A stretch of DNA of 64,000 nt. Source: an uncultured Thermoplasmata archaeon. Lineage in GTDB: Archaea; Thermoplasmatota; Thermoplasmata; Lutacidiplasmatales; UBA184. A program made the translations under genes and the position numbers. The stretch covers positions 40,795-104,794 of the forward strand of contig CAVZDD010000004.1 in NCBI GenBank assembly GCA_963773945.1, in the 5' to 3' direction. The notes beneath the pieces were generated by a model. It had not been told where the DNA came from. It did not search any database and saw nothing but the letters and a program-made list of their open reading frames with translations. Shown here one piece after another: positions 36,938 to 46,420 of the stretch; positions within the stretch are counted from its first letter, which is position 1; the number at the start of each line of letters is the position of its first letter.

Positions 36938-37453
36938 TCAACGAGAACGGTGCGCCCCGGAATCCGCTGTGCGGCAGAACGGGCACTCGGGAGGTCGTGC
37001 CGACTCCGGGGCGGCGTAGAACCGAACCTCTCCGGCTCCGTGCCGGAAGCACGCGAAGAGGAACGAGTATCGCCGTCCGACCTTCCGAGGGTATCGTCGC
37101 CAGTAGAGCAGGTGAATCGGGGCGCCGGCCCCGGGTCCGGCGACCCACCGCTCGGCCGCCTTGCCGAGCTCCGGGCCTTGGCGCGTGGCCGCCCTCAGGT
37201 CTCGAGGTTGCACGCGCTCCGGCCGATCGGTCCGCGACTGGAGATACCGCTGGGTCCGGGCCGGCGAGGGACGGTGAGGCCTTCCGAGGAAGGCCACGGT
37301 GGACACGGTTCCCCCCGGGCACGTGTAGACCCACCCGATCGGACCCGAGGCAGTCTCGATGGAATGGGGCCGGGTTCGGCCGGAGCAATGGTAGAGACAG
37401 GTACCGGATGCGGCGAGAACGTATCGCTCCGGGCCGGGCGTTGAAGGGCTCAT
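36938..37453 (-). CDS. hypothetical Cys-containing protein
   Basis: 171-aa reading from ATG 37453, which overlaps the upstream stop (ATGA). It contains 'CLYHC', 'CPGG' and 'CPFC' pairs. The longer ORF to 37906 is the antisense-frame extension. Confidence 0.45.
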   Translation of the reverse strand: MSPSTPGPERYVLAASGTCLYHCSGRTRPHSIETASGPIGWVYTCPGGTVSTVAFLGRPHRPSPARTQRYLQSRTDRPERVQPRDLRAATRQGPELGKAAERWVAGPGAGAPIHLLYWRRYPRKVGRRYSFLFACFRHGAGEVRFYAAPESARPPECPFCRTADSGAHRSR

Positions 37454-37833
37454 GCTTTCCGGGCCGCCGCGAGATGCTGGATCCAGTCGCTTCGGAACAG
37501 CTCGTCCCACGCGCGATGGGTCCGTGAAACGCCCTCGGGGAATCCGGTCAGAACGTGGTCGACCCGGCCATCCGACCACTGAAGGAACACCTGGGGGATC
37601 AGGTAGTCCGGCGACCAATCCCCATGCGCTTGGACGATTGCATCCGCCTCCCGCTCCTCGGCCGGAACATCGATGTCCAGCCGACGCACCGGGATTCCAA
37701 GGCGACTCCCGAGTTCGCGGACCTTTTCCTCCGAAAGGGGGACGCAGTGCGGGCACCAGTCCGCGAGTACGATGGTGAGACCCACCGGCTGGGCCGTCTG
37801 GGTGGCCTTGGACATCGTATCGGAACAACCCAA
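37450..37833 (-). CDS. thioredoxin-fold protein (CPHC active site)
   Basis: 'IVLADWCPHCVP' is a thioredoxin-like CxxC motif. ATG 37815 (MSKATQ...) is an alternative start. Confidence 0.65.
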   Translation of the reverse strand: MGCSDTMSKATQTAQPVGLTIVLADWCPHCVPLSEEKVRELGSRLGIPVRRLDIDVPAEEREADAIVQAHGDWSPDYLIPQVFLQWSDGRVDHVLTGFPEGVSRTHRAWDELFRSDWIQHLAAARKA

Positions 37834-37941
37834 CCGAGGATTTAGACGATGGGTGGTCCGGAGGAAACCCGTCCTCGCCGCCCCCAGTGATGGGCCGCTC
37901 CGTCAAATAATCCGACTGCGTCGGCGAGACGGCGATCGCTG

Positions 37942-38280
37942 ATGCCGTCCAGGGAATCCCGCGCGGCTCGCACTACGCGCCCCAGCGCCCCCGTTCCGGC
38001 CCCTCGGGCCGTCCACCCTTCCCACCGCCACCGCGCTCCCGCCCCGGTCGTCCCCGGCAGTGTTCCCGCGGGTGTGGCCCTGGCTTCGCCTCCGCCCGAG
38101 ACGCCCCATGGCCATCTCATATGTCACAAGTGCGGCCGCATCGCCGAGTTGGAACTCACGGAGCTGGATCGTCATTTCCTCATGGAGCTCTCCCGACGGC
38201 GACCGCAGGGCTGGGAGATTGACGGGGTCACCTTCTCCCTGACCGGAACCTGCCCCCGATGCCGCAAGGAATCTCACTAG
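37942..38280 (+). CDS. Fur-family C-terminal (metal-binding/dimerisation) domain protein, N-terminal DNA-binding domain not recognisable
   Basis: The C-terminal 60 aa, 'HGHLICHKCGRIAELE...GWEIDGVTFSLTGTCPRCR', follow the Fur/PerR pattern H.H..C..CG...G.C..C. The first 50 or so aa are Pro/Ala/Arg-rich and look non-coding. This may be a remnant. Confidence 0.4.
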   Translation: MPSRESRAARTTRPSAPVPAPRAVHPSHRHRAPAPVVPGSVPAGVALASPPPETPHGHLICHKCGRIAELELTELDRHFLMELSRRRPQGWEIDGVTFSLTGTCPRCRKESH

Positions 38281-38323
38281 TCCCCTCCTCCGCACTCCCC
38301 AGGGTCACGGCGAGATCGTTCCG

Positions 38324-39460
38324 ATGATGGGGTTCTTCACTTCGCCACGGATCTGCGTGGGCCCCGGCAGCATCGAGCAACTGAGTTCATTGGGCATCCG
38401 GCGAGCGTTGATCCTCGTCGATCCCACCGTCGCGGAGCGGGGCGGCGACCGGCGCATTCGGGAGGAGCTCCTGAACGACGGGGCCCAGCTCGAGGTCTCC
38501 CGGGCCGTGCACATCGGCCCCACCCTCGAATCGCTCGCGGACGGCGTCCGGGTCGCCTCCGAATTCCGTCCGGATTGGATCGTGGCGGTCGGTGGGGGTA
38601 GCACGATCGACACGGCGAAGGGGATCTGGCTTCAGTACGCGAGACCAGAGCTCGCCGGGACCCCCCTCACCCCCCTCGTCGACCTCCGCCTCCGGGAACG
38701 GGCGCACTTGGTGGCCGTGCCGACGACCAGTGGGAGCGGAAGCGAGGCAACCTGGATGGCCCACTTTTGGGACGCGAACGGTCGACCCGTGGAGATCGCT
38801 TCCCGCGAACTGGTGCCGGACTGGGCGTTGCTGGACCCCTCGCTACCCGCCACGATGTCCAAGTCGGTCGCGATCGATAGCGGGCTCGATGCGCTGGCCC
38901 ACGCATTGGAGGCGCTCGCGTCGACCTGGGCGACCCTGTTCTCCGACGGACTCGCTCGGGAGGCAGTGGCCACCCTGGCCCGGCGGCTGCCCGACGCGCT
39001 CGAGCACCCGGACGACCTCGAGTTGAGGGGACAGCTCCACGCGGCGGCCACGATGGCCGGGCTCGCGATCTCCAACGCGCAGAGCGGCCTCGTCCATGCT
39101 ATCGCCCACGCGATCGGGCCGCAGACCGGATTGTCCCACGGTCGCCTGGTCGCGATCCTGCTCCCGTGGGTGCTCGAGTTCAACTTCCCCGCCGCCCGCG
39201 AAGCGTACTCCTCTCTGGGCGGGATACTGGGGGCCGCCGCGATTCAGCAAGCGACTCCGTTCTCGGATTGGTTCCGCCGACTGAATGCCCGGGTGGGCGT
39301 CCCTCCCACCCTGTCGGCCGCCGGGGTGGATGTCCGGACGCTCCGCGAGCGGAGGACTGACTGGGTTCCATACGTCCAGAGCGCCACCTCGTTCGGGGCG
39401 AACCCCCGCATCCCCTCTCCCGAGGACCTGGCGGCACTTCTCGACCGGGCGTCGGGATAG
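38324..39460 (+). CDS. iron-containing alcohol dehydrogenase family protein
   Basis: 378-aa ORF. 'AVGGGSTIDTAKG' and the His cluster 'GLVHAIAHAIG' are Fe-ADH motifs. Confidence 0.85.
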   Translation: MMGFFTSPRICVGPGSIEQLSSLGIRRALILVDPTVAERGGDRRIREELLNDGAQLEVSRAVHIGPTLESLADGVRVASEFRPDWIVAVGGGSTIDTAKGIWLQYARPELAGTPLTPLVDLRLRERAHLVAVPTTSGSGSEATWMAHFWDANGRPVEIASRELVPDWALLDPSLPATMSKSVAIDSGLDALAHALEALASTWATLFSDGLAREAVATLARRLPDALEHPDDLELRGQLHAAATMAGLAISNAQSGLVHAIAHAIGPQTGLSHGRLVAILLPWVLEFNFPAAREAYSSLGGILGAAAIQQATPFSDWFRRLNARVGVPPTLSAAGVDVRTLRERRTDWVPYVQSATSFGANPRIPSPEDLAALLDRASG

Positions 39461-39528
39461 GCTGGAACGGCCCAACTATAGAAGGACTATAGACGGGGTC
39501 GCCGCGCGGAGATTGGCGGGTGGGGGCA

Positions 39529-40623
39529 TTACGCCGGCACTTTCGTCTGGAGCTTGGTGGAAGATGCGGCGGACGGCCCGACGGCGACCGCGGCGGATTG
39601 GGCGGACCGCTGCACGGTGTGGTTGATGGCGATCTCGGCCAAGTCGCTGGCGTAGAACGCGCTGCGCTCAAGGCTCTCGAGCACGTAGGCGAGGGCCACG
39701 GCGAGACGACCCCGCTTCTTGGTCAGCTCCTTGAGAATGTTCTCCCGCTCCCGCGTGACGCGAGCCGCCGCGTCGAGCACCTCGTTCGCCTTGGCGATGT
39801 CCTCGTTGGCTAGGCTATCGATGGCCCCGGTGAGCCCTTCGGCCGCGGCGAGCGCGAGCCGGTCGAGTTCCGAGAGCACCCCGGCCGGTATCGGTTCCTT
39901 CCCGAGGAGGGGCACGGTCTCCGCGATTCGAACCGCGTGGTCCGCGATCCGCTCGAGGACCCGGGAGGCGAGGAGGTAGGTCGCGCATTCGGGGAGCGTG
40001 AGGCCGATGGAGCTCAGCACCCGGCCATCCCGCAGCGCGGAGGTGATCTGTTTCCCGATGAACCAGTGCAGCCGGTCGACCTCCCAGTCCCGTTCGATGA
40101 CGTCCCGGGCGATGGAAGTGTCCCGGGCATGGAAGGCCGCCATCGCGTCGCTTTGCATGGCCCGGACCATCTGGTACATTCGGCGGATCACGGAAGCGAT
40201 CGGAAGGGGGTTGGGACCGATGACGTCCTGCAGCACGACGCCGTCGGCGGTCTCCTCGAGGATCTCCGGTCCGATCATGCGCTGGGCGAAACCGCGGACC
40301 ACTTCGCGGGTCCGCGCATTCATCCGTCCCTCGGTTCGAATCTCCAGGAGGGGTGCCCCCGCGATGTATTCAGCGACGAGCAATCGGAATAGATGCTCCG
40401 TGTTCATGTCGTTCGACACGCGCAGTTGGCGTCGAGGAGTCTCCCCATGCGTGCCGCTCTCGGCGCGAAGCATTAGCGACCCGTCGGGCGCGCCGTGGAA
40501 CAGCAACACGTCTCCCGAGCCGAGGCCCCGGCTCACGACCCAGGCCTTGGGCAGCGAGACAATGAACGTCGAACCCCCGGTCTTCTGGATGCGCCGGGCC
40601 TCTCCGCCGTCTGCCGTACGCAT
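39529..40623 (-). CDS. AbrB/SpoVT-domain plus PhoU-domain regulator (archaeal phosphate uptake regulator type)
   Basis: The N-terminal 'GGSTFIVSLPKAWV' is the SpoVT/AbrB fold. It is followed by two PhoU-like helical repeats ('RMYQMVRAM', 'ERIADHAVRIAE'). Confidence 0.75.
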   Translation of the reverse strand: MRTADGGEARRIQKTGGSTFIVSLPKAWVVSRGLGSGDVLLFHGAPDGSLMLRAESGTHGETPRRQLRVSNDMNTEHLFRLLVAEYIAGAPLLEIRTEGRMNARTREVVRGFAQRMIGPEILEETADGVVLQDVIGPNPLPIASVIRRMYQMVRAMQSDAMAAFHARDTSIARDVIERDWEVDRLHWFIGKQITSALRDGRVLSSIGLTLPECATYLLASRVLERIADHAVRIAETVPLLGKEPIPAGVLSELDRLALAAAEGLTGAIDSLANEDIAKANEVLDAAARVTRERENILKELTKKRGRLAVALAYVLESLERSAFYASDLAEIAINHTVQRSAQSAAVAVGPSAASSTKLQTKVPA

Positions 40624-40649
40624 AGGTGGTCGGCTCGACCCGCCCCGGG

Positions 40650-40659
40650 TCTATATAGA
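40650..40659. promoter_or_regulatory. palindromic TATA box TCTATATAGA
   Basis: It is centred about 31 nt upstream of the PhoU-type regulator start (40623, minus strand), which is consistent with a leaderless transcript. Confidence 0.4.
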
Positions 40660-40789
40660 TGCTGGTTCTCGGCCCGACTTCCGCACTTTTTGCTCGAAAT
40701 TCTGTTCCCCAGGGGCCCCGGTTCCTTCGTGGAGTCCGGCGGACGGCCGCCTCAAATAGAACGGCGCTTCGTCGCCGGTTGTCTCGCTC

Positions 40790-42461
40790 ATGGATCCCTC
40801 CCGGCTGACTTCCTTCACGTTTCGGGGCCACTCCGAGTCGGCGGATCCGGAAGAAACGCTCTTGCAGCACCTCGCGCGTCGGGGGCTCCCGACGCTCCAA
40901 CGGTCGATCCGGTATCATCGACCGCGGGCGCCGCTCTGCGGGATCGGACACTGTACGAATTGTCTCGTGCGCGTGAACGGCGAACCGAACGTCCGGGCCT
41001 GCCGTTACGTGCCCCACGCCGGGGACGCGGTGTCGACGATGAACGCGTGGCCGTCCCCGAAGTACGATTGGATGGGAATTCTCGACTTCGTATTCCTCCG
41101 GGGATTGGACACGCTCCACGGGTTCCGCCGCCCGGCGTGGGCGACCCCGGTGCTCCAGGGGGTCGTTCGTCGGCTCGCGGGCTACGGACCGATCTCGACC
41201 GCTCGCGCCGGCCCCCCCTCCGCCGCCCTGCCACCGGTTGAACTCGACGTCCTGGTGATCGGGGCGGGCCCGTCCGGCCGGCAAGCCAGCCAGCGGCTCG
41301 CCGAGGCGGGACGTTCGGTAGGGCTCATCGACCGCGGCTCGATTCCCGCGCCGCCGGACCGTGTACCATTGTTCCCCGGGGTCACCGCGGTGTTCCTTCC
41401 ACCGCCGATCCCCGGCAACACGCGTCCGTTCGAAGTGATTGCACTGGAAGAACCCGATCGCGGCCGCCTGTTCCGGGCCGGAACGGTCGTGGTCGCCTCC
41501 GGCGCCTACGATGCGTCGTTGTTGTTCGCCGGCAACGACCGGCCGGGCGTGATGACCGCGGACGGAGCGGTCGCGATGGCGCCCGGAGACCGCCCACCGC
41601 CCTTCCGGCGAGCATTGATCGTCGGCGGCGGTCCCCGGGCTGCCGAGATGCTCGACCGTTTCGGCGTTCACACCGAGGCGATTGTTGCGCCGGGTCCGAT
41701 CTCGCCCGAAGTCACGCGGCGGGCCTCCGACCTCTCGATCGCCCTCTATCCACGGACCCTCCTGCTGACCGCCTCCGGGCGCGGGCGCCTGCGTCGGGTG
41801 CACCTCATGCCCCGCGGAGGCGGTGCCGAGTTCTCGATTTCCGTCGATGCAATCGTCCTGGCGCATCGCCGGTTGCCTCACACCCAGCTTCTCTCCCAGG
41901 CCGGTGCGCAGATGGAATGGCGGGGAACGGCCGGAAGTTACTTCCCGGTTCTCGCGGCCGGAGGTCGCACCACCGTTCCCGGCCTGTTCGCCATCGGGGA
42001 AGCCGCCGGCTTTGCCGATGGCGTGTCGGCGGAGGCGAGCGGGCTCGCGGCCGCCGATGCGATTCTTGGCCGAGCGGTGCCGCCCCCCGACGATAGGACC
42101 CCGGACGGACCCAACGAGCTCGAGGGGTACTACCGTGAGCTCCTGCGCCATCCGACCGGCCTCGGAAAGCAGGTCGCCTGTGCGTGCGAGGACGTTCTCC
42201 TTTCGGAATTGCGCGAGGCTGTCGACCGCGGATACCGCGGGATGGAAGTGGTGAAGCGGTACACGGGGCTCGGTACCGGGCTCTGCCAGGGCCGGGTACT
42301 GTCTCCCGGACGCGCTGCTCGTGCTCTCGGCGCTGGAAGGCCGACCTCCCCCGGAGGTCGGGTACATCCGGCAACGCCCCCCGGTCGTTCCGACCCCGCT
42401 CTCCGCCCTCGCGGAGCTGCCGGAGCCGGCGCCGGAGATCTCCGCGCCGGGGAGCTCATGA
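40790..42461 (+). CDS. HcnA/HcnB (sarcosine oxidase alpha / proline dehydrogenase alpha)-like iron-sulfur flavoprotein, apparent frameshift
   Basis: It has 'CGIGHCTNCLVRVNG' (2Fe-2S), 'VLVIGAGPSGRQA' (FAD) and a BFD-like 'CACEDV...GTGLCQGR'. After 42292-42301 the sensible reading ('YCLPDALLVLSALEGRPPPEVGYIRQRPP...') is in another frame. That frame ends at TGA 42459-42461, overlapping the next ATG. Confidence 0.7.
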
Positions 42462-43624
42462 TCGGAGCGCCTCGGCCACCGAATCGGATCGTGATCGTGG
42501 GCGCCGGCATCATCGGACTGTTCACCGCCTACCATCTCGCCCGGGCCGGCGCGGGCCCCCTCACGGTGGTGGACCGGGGCTGGCTCTCCAACGGCGCGTC
42601 CGGCCGCAACGGCGGTGGAGTCCGGCAGCAATGGGAGACGCGGGCCACGGTGCGTCTCGCCAAGGAATCCGTGGACGCCTACCGCCGGTTTGGCCGGGAA
42701 TTCGGCTACAACATCTGGTTCCGCCAGGGGGGGTACCTGTTCCTCGCCGAGACGGAGACCGAACGGCAGCATCTCTCTCAAGTGATCTCGACCATTCGAG
42801 CGGAAGGTCTCGAGGGGAAGCTGCTCGCCCCGGAGGAGATCCCGCCGTACGCCCCAGGACTCGAGACTCGGGGCCTCGTCGGCGGGAGTTATCTCCGGTC
42901 CGACGGCACCTTGTACCCTTTTCCTGCGCTCTGGGCCTTGAAGGAGGCGATCACCCGGCTCGGGGTGGACCTCCGACTCGGAACCGATGTGACCGGCGTC
43001 CAGGTCGAGAACGGACGGGTAGCCGGACTCGCCACATCGGCCGGTCCGATCGCCGCGACCACGGTGGTGAATGCGGCCGGGGGCTGGTCGAACGAGTTCT
43101 CCACCTTGGCGGGGCTGCCGACCCCCAACCAGGCCTCCCGCCACGAGATCCTGGCGACGGAGCCGCTCAAACCGTTCCTCGACCCGATGGTCGTCCGTCT
43201 GCGGGATGGACTTTACTTCAGCCAGACCATGCGAGGCGAGATCGTGGGGGGACTCACGATGGCCCATCCGACCGGCACCCGGGCCGGGGTGCCGAGCTCT
43301 CCGGCGTTCCTCCGGACGATGGCCCGCGCGCTGGTAGGAATTTTGCCGGCCCTCCGGCATCTCGGCGTGTTGCGCGCCTGGTCCGGCTTCTACGACGATA
43401 CCCCGGACGGCCTCCCGGTGATCGGAGGAGACCCGCGCCTTCCGGGGTTCGTGCACGCGAACGGGTTCGGTGGTCACGGATTCATGCTCGCGCCGGCCGC
43501 GTCGCGGCGCGTCGCCCAAGCGATTCTCGGAGAGAAGTCCGACCTCGACCCGGGATTGTTCTCGGTCGACCGATTCCTGACGCCGACCGCGAACCGGCCG
43601 GTGGAGGGCCTCCAGCTCGGTTGA
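42458..43624 (+). CDS. FAD-dependent oxidoreductase (DAO family; HcnC / sarcosine oxidase beta / proline dehydrogenase beta-like)
   Basis: It starts at ATG 42458 (MIGAPRPPNR). It has the Rossmann motif 'IVIVGAGIIGL' and the C-terminal 'NGFGGHGFMLAP'. In the raw sequence it is fused in-frame to the upstream ORF, giving 944 aa. Confidence 0.75.
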   Translation: MIGAPRPPNRIVIVGAGIIGLFTAYHLARAGAGPLTVVDRGWLSNGASGRNGGGVRQQWETRATVRLAKESVDAYRRFGREFGYNIWFRQGGYLFLAETETERQHLSQVISTIRAEGLEGKLLAPEEIPPYAPGLETRGLVGGSYLRSDGTLYPFPALWALKEAITRLGVDLRLGTDVTGVQVENGRVAGLATSAGPIAATTVVNAAGGWSNEFSTLAGLPTPNQASRHEILATEPLKPFLDPMVVRLRDGLYFSQTMRGEIVGGLTMAHPTGTRAGVPSSPAFLRTMARALVGILPALRHLGVLRAWSGFYDDTPDGLPVIGGDPRLPGFVHANGFGGHGFMLAPAASRRVAQAILGEKSDLDPGLFSVDRFLTPTANRPVEGLQLG

Positions 43625-43679
43625 CGGGTCACCCCAAGGATATCTCCCCGAGCGACTCCCGAACGCCGGAGTTCCCTTT

Positions 43680-45015
43680 GTGCCGGACGCGCCCCCGTTC
43701 GAACCCCGGTCCCCCTTCGAGACGGCTTTTCGCACCGCCATCGAAGGAGCCGACGCGTATCGGGCCGTCCGGGCCGGACTTCGGCTCCACGACGACATCC
43801 TCCGCATCGGGAACCGGTTCGTCTCCGTCGACCGGTTCCGGGAGATCGCCTTCGTCGCGTTGGGGAACGCCGCGGGGTCGATGGCCCTCGCCGCGCAGGA
43901 GATGCTGGGCGAGCGGCTGACCCAAGGGCTCACGGCCGGCGCGGTCGCGCCACCCGATTCGCTCCAGTTCCACTATCTGGCCGTCCCCGATCCGTGGCCC
44001 GGCTCTTCCCCCTCCTTCTCCGCCCTAGCCAGCACGCTCGAACTGGCCCGCGACCTGCAGGCGGAGGACCTCCTCCTGCTCCTACTCTCCCCGGGCGCCC
44101 TCTCGGTCACGGCCGGGCCTCCGACCGGATGGGAAGGTTCGGCCTGGCGTCAACTCCTGCAGAACGTCACGGCCCGTGCCGGCCCGCTCGACGCGGTGCG
44201 GGTGGCCCGGGTGCTCGGCACCGGCGCGGTCGGGGGTCGTCTGGGTGCACTCGTCCGGGAACCGACGGTGGTGACGCTGGTCCTCGACCGAGGGGAAGGC
44301 GCCGAATGGGTCGGCGGCGGACCGACCGTGTCGCTTCGGCTGCAGGAGGCTTCGGCGGTCCGGACCCTGATGTCCGGGACCAGCGCCGTCGACCTGCCCC
44401 GAGACTCCCCCCCGCTCCTCGGCCGGAACGTCCACCGCCCGGTCGTCGTGACCGGCCCCATCGACGCGGTCGAGGCCGCCGGCGAATCAGCTCGCCGGTC
44501 AGGGGTGGATCAGCCGGATGATCTCGCTCCATCTTCAAGGCCCTCCGGACCAGGTCGCGTCGCAGTTCGTGGAAGGGATGGAGACGATCCGTCGCGAGCA
44601 GGTCGCCGAGCCGCGCCGGCCCCGGACCGAGGGGGAAGAGCGGGAGGGGGGCGCGGCCCTCCCGTCGATCACGGTGCCGTCGACGGCGACGCCCGCCGCG
44701 CGGCCGGAATCGAGAGGCCTCGCCGTTTTCGCGGGCGCCACCTTCGATACCGTCGAGGGAGGCGAACGGGGGGAGGATGTGCGGGCCTTCCTTCGTGCAG
44801 CGGCCCGCCAATCAATCCGCCGGGAGGTCTATGTGGGCGCGCTGCGGACCGCCGGCGGAATCCCCACTCGAGGCGAGGGCGCCGGCGCCTGGCTCGGCCG
44901 CCGCGTAGGGGCTGACCCCGCCGCCGAACCGACGATCGAATCGTTCGCCGTACGGGCCGGTTTCACCGACGTGGGCACGATGCTTGTGGGCTTCGCGCCC
45001 TGGGTCGCCCGCTAG
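43680..45015 (+). CDS. glycerate kinase / hydroxypyruvate reductase-like (DUF4147 + MOFRL), apparent frameshift
   Basis: The N-terminal part is 43680..~44480 ('FVALGNAAGSMA'). The C-terminal MOFRL-like part is in ORF 44518..45015, whose frame is open back to about 44470 ('ANQLAGQGWISRMISLHLQG'). The frame-1 tail is Arg/Gly-rich nonsense. Confidence 0.55.
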
Positions 45016-45094
45016 TGCCGCGTCGAGCGGGAGAGTTCGAGGTCCCGGACCTCTAGCGCAAGTACTTTCCCGGAGGAGGGGATGCCTCCTCCCC

Positions 45095-45196
45095 ATGCTG
45101 CGGGTCCGCGAGCTCTCGGAGGAGGAGGGCCGCGCTCTCTGCCGTCTGGTAGAGCGCTCCAACGACCCCACGGTCGTCAAGTGGATGCGGCACTAG
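45095..45196 (+). mobile_element. possible remnant of an IS630-family transposase N-terminus (33 codons)
   Basis: 'MLRVRELSEEEGRALCRLVERSNDPTVVKWMRH*' resembles the 'LS.EER..L..LVRS..' HTH start of IS630/Tc1 transposases. No catalytic part or inverted repeats were seen. Confidence 0.25.
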
Positions 45197-46302
45197 AGGA
45201 ACTTTCCGGCGCGGATGACGGGAGTCCCATCGATCGCGATCTCGGAGCCGGCGAGCGAAAACCACGTAAAGAAATTCGATCCGTTGCTGCCCTTGAGATG
45301 CCGGTTCCCCCCGATTTGTAGGGAAACGCTCCCCCCCTCGACGGTCTCCAAGTTGGGGACATCCTTGACAGCCGGGTTCAGCCCGAGTTTGAGAGCGCTG
45401 GCACGGTCCTTGCCCGCCGTGCCGTTCCGGTACCGACGGGAAAACTGTTCCTTTCCATACTCGAAGGAGTACGAGGTCAGCTTACCGCCAGCGAATTCGA
45501 GCGTTCCTCCAACGTGCCAGTTCCACCAGATATTTGTCCGCCGGTTCGCGTGGATGCTCCCCTCCGCGGTTTTGGAGTCGAGGGCCACTTCGAGAGTTCC
45601 GGCGGGAATCTGCTGCAGCATGCCAGATGGGGAATCTCCCTTGTTGTATGGGTGGGGCCTCCCGTCAAGCAACCGTGGAGCGACCCCGGCCAGGGCGACT
45701 TCCAGATCGGTTCCGTTGGAGTGGGTGATCCGCACTTTCTTCCCGCGGGAGAGCGCCTTGCCGAGCCGAGCCCCGCTTTTGGCCAACTCCCCCGGTTCGA
45801 CGAGACATCCCTGCAGCACGCTTTCCTCCCACTGCGCGGGGTCCAGGCCCCACTTCTTGGCCCGTCCCTCCGTCACGAACCCCTCGGTCATTCGCACCCC
45901 GCGGAGCCCCGCCTTCCGGGCGACCGCGTACCAGGGCCAGTTCCAGGCGAACGCATCGTCGAGGGCATCCTCGGAATCCTTCTCGATGCGGTCGGCGTCG
46001 CCCGGACCCCAGAAATTCACGTACACATCCGCGGCTTTCAACGCCGCCCACTCCGGGGCGCTCGACTTGCCGAGGAGCTTTGTCTGCCCCCGGTCGATTG
46101 CGCGCCACCACGCGTCCTCGTCGTTTTGGACGAGGAGGACCTTGCCGCCCACACGGCGGACCTCATCGACCATCGCCGAGGCCATCGGCATCGTGTGGTC
46201 CCATGACTCGATGATCGCGTTCTCTCCCGCTCGGACCTTGAGGTACTTGGTCACGATCTTGCGGGCCGCGTCGCGCTGCAGCTTCGAGGGGGTTTCCGGC
46301 AT
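45193..46302 (-). CDS. aminopeptidase, M29 (AmpS/aminopeptidase T)-like
   Basis: 369-aa ORF. The N-terminal 'AARKIVTKYLKVRAGENAII' and the C-terminal 'LQIGGNRHL...IAIDGTPVIRAGKF' resemble the M29 family layout. Confidence 0.6.
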   Translation of the reverse strand: MPETPSKLQRDAARKIVTKYLKVRAGENAIIESWDHTMPMASAMVDEVRRVGGKVLLVQNDEDAWWRAIDRGQTKLLGKSSAPEWAALKAADVYVNFWGPGDADRIEKDSEDALDDAFAWNWPWYAVARKAGLRGVRMTEGFVTEGRAKKWGLDPAQWEESVLQGCLVEPGELAKSGARLGKALSRGKKVRITHSNGTDLEVALAGVAPRLLDGRPHPYNKGDSPSGMLQQIPAGTLEVALDSKTAEGSIHANRRTNIWWNWHVGGTLEFAGGKLTSYSFEYGKEQFSRRYRNGTAGKDRASALKLGLNPAVKDVPNLETVEGGSVSLQIGGNRHLKGSNGSNFFTWFSLAGSEIAIDGTPVIRAGKFL

Positions 46303-46420
46303 GGCCCGGGGCCGAACTCGACGGGCCTACTTGTAACCCGCCACGCCTGGCTATCCGTCGACTCAATCGGACGCACTGTGTGACCAATTCACGTCCCGAC
46401 CACCGCTGGTGGACGCGGCA

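Noticed and set aside
37846-38090. Reconstructing a Fur winged-helix domain from alternative frames.
   Set aside because: None of the three forward frames gives a recognisable helix-turn-helix or TVYR-type segment, so no reconstruction is claimed.
40790-43624. Natural single-polypeptide HcnA-HcnB-HcnC fusion (944 aa).
   Set aside because: The linker looks out of frame. An alternative frame completes the CQGRYC cluster motif and ends in a TGA that overlaps the ATG of the DAO gene. A one-nucleotide error explains the fusion.
40370-43933. 1187-aa ORF on the minus strand. Other long antisense ORFs are 718..1824, 3103..4425, 19063..20364, 48572..49968 and 57191..58867.
   Set aside because: They are Arg/Pro/Gly-rich with no motifs and lie exactly antisense to well-supported genes. 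Long stop-free antisense frames are expected at this GC content.
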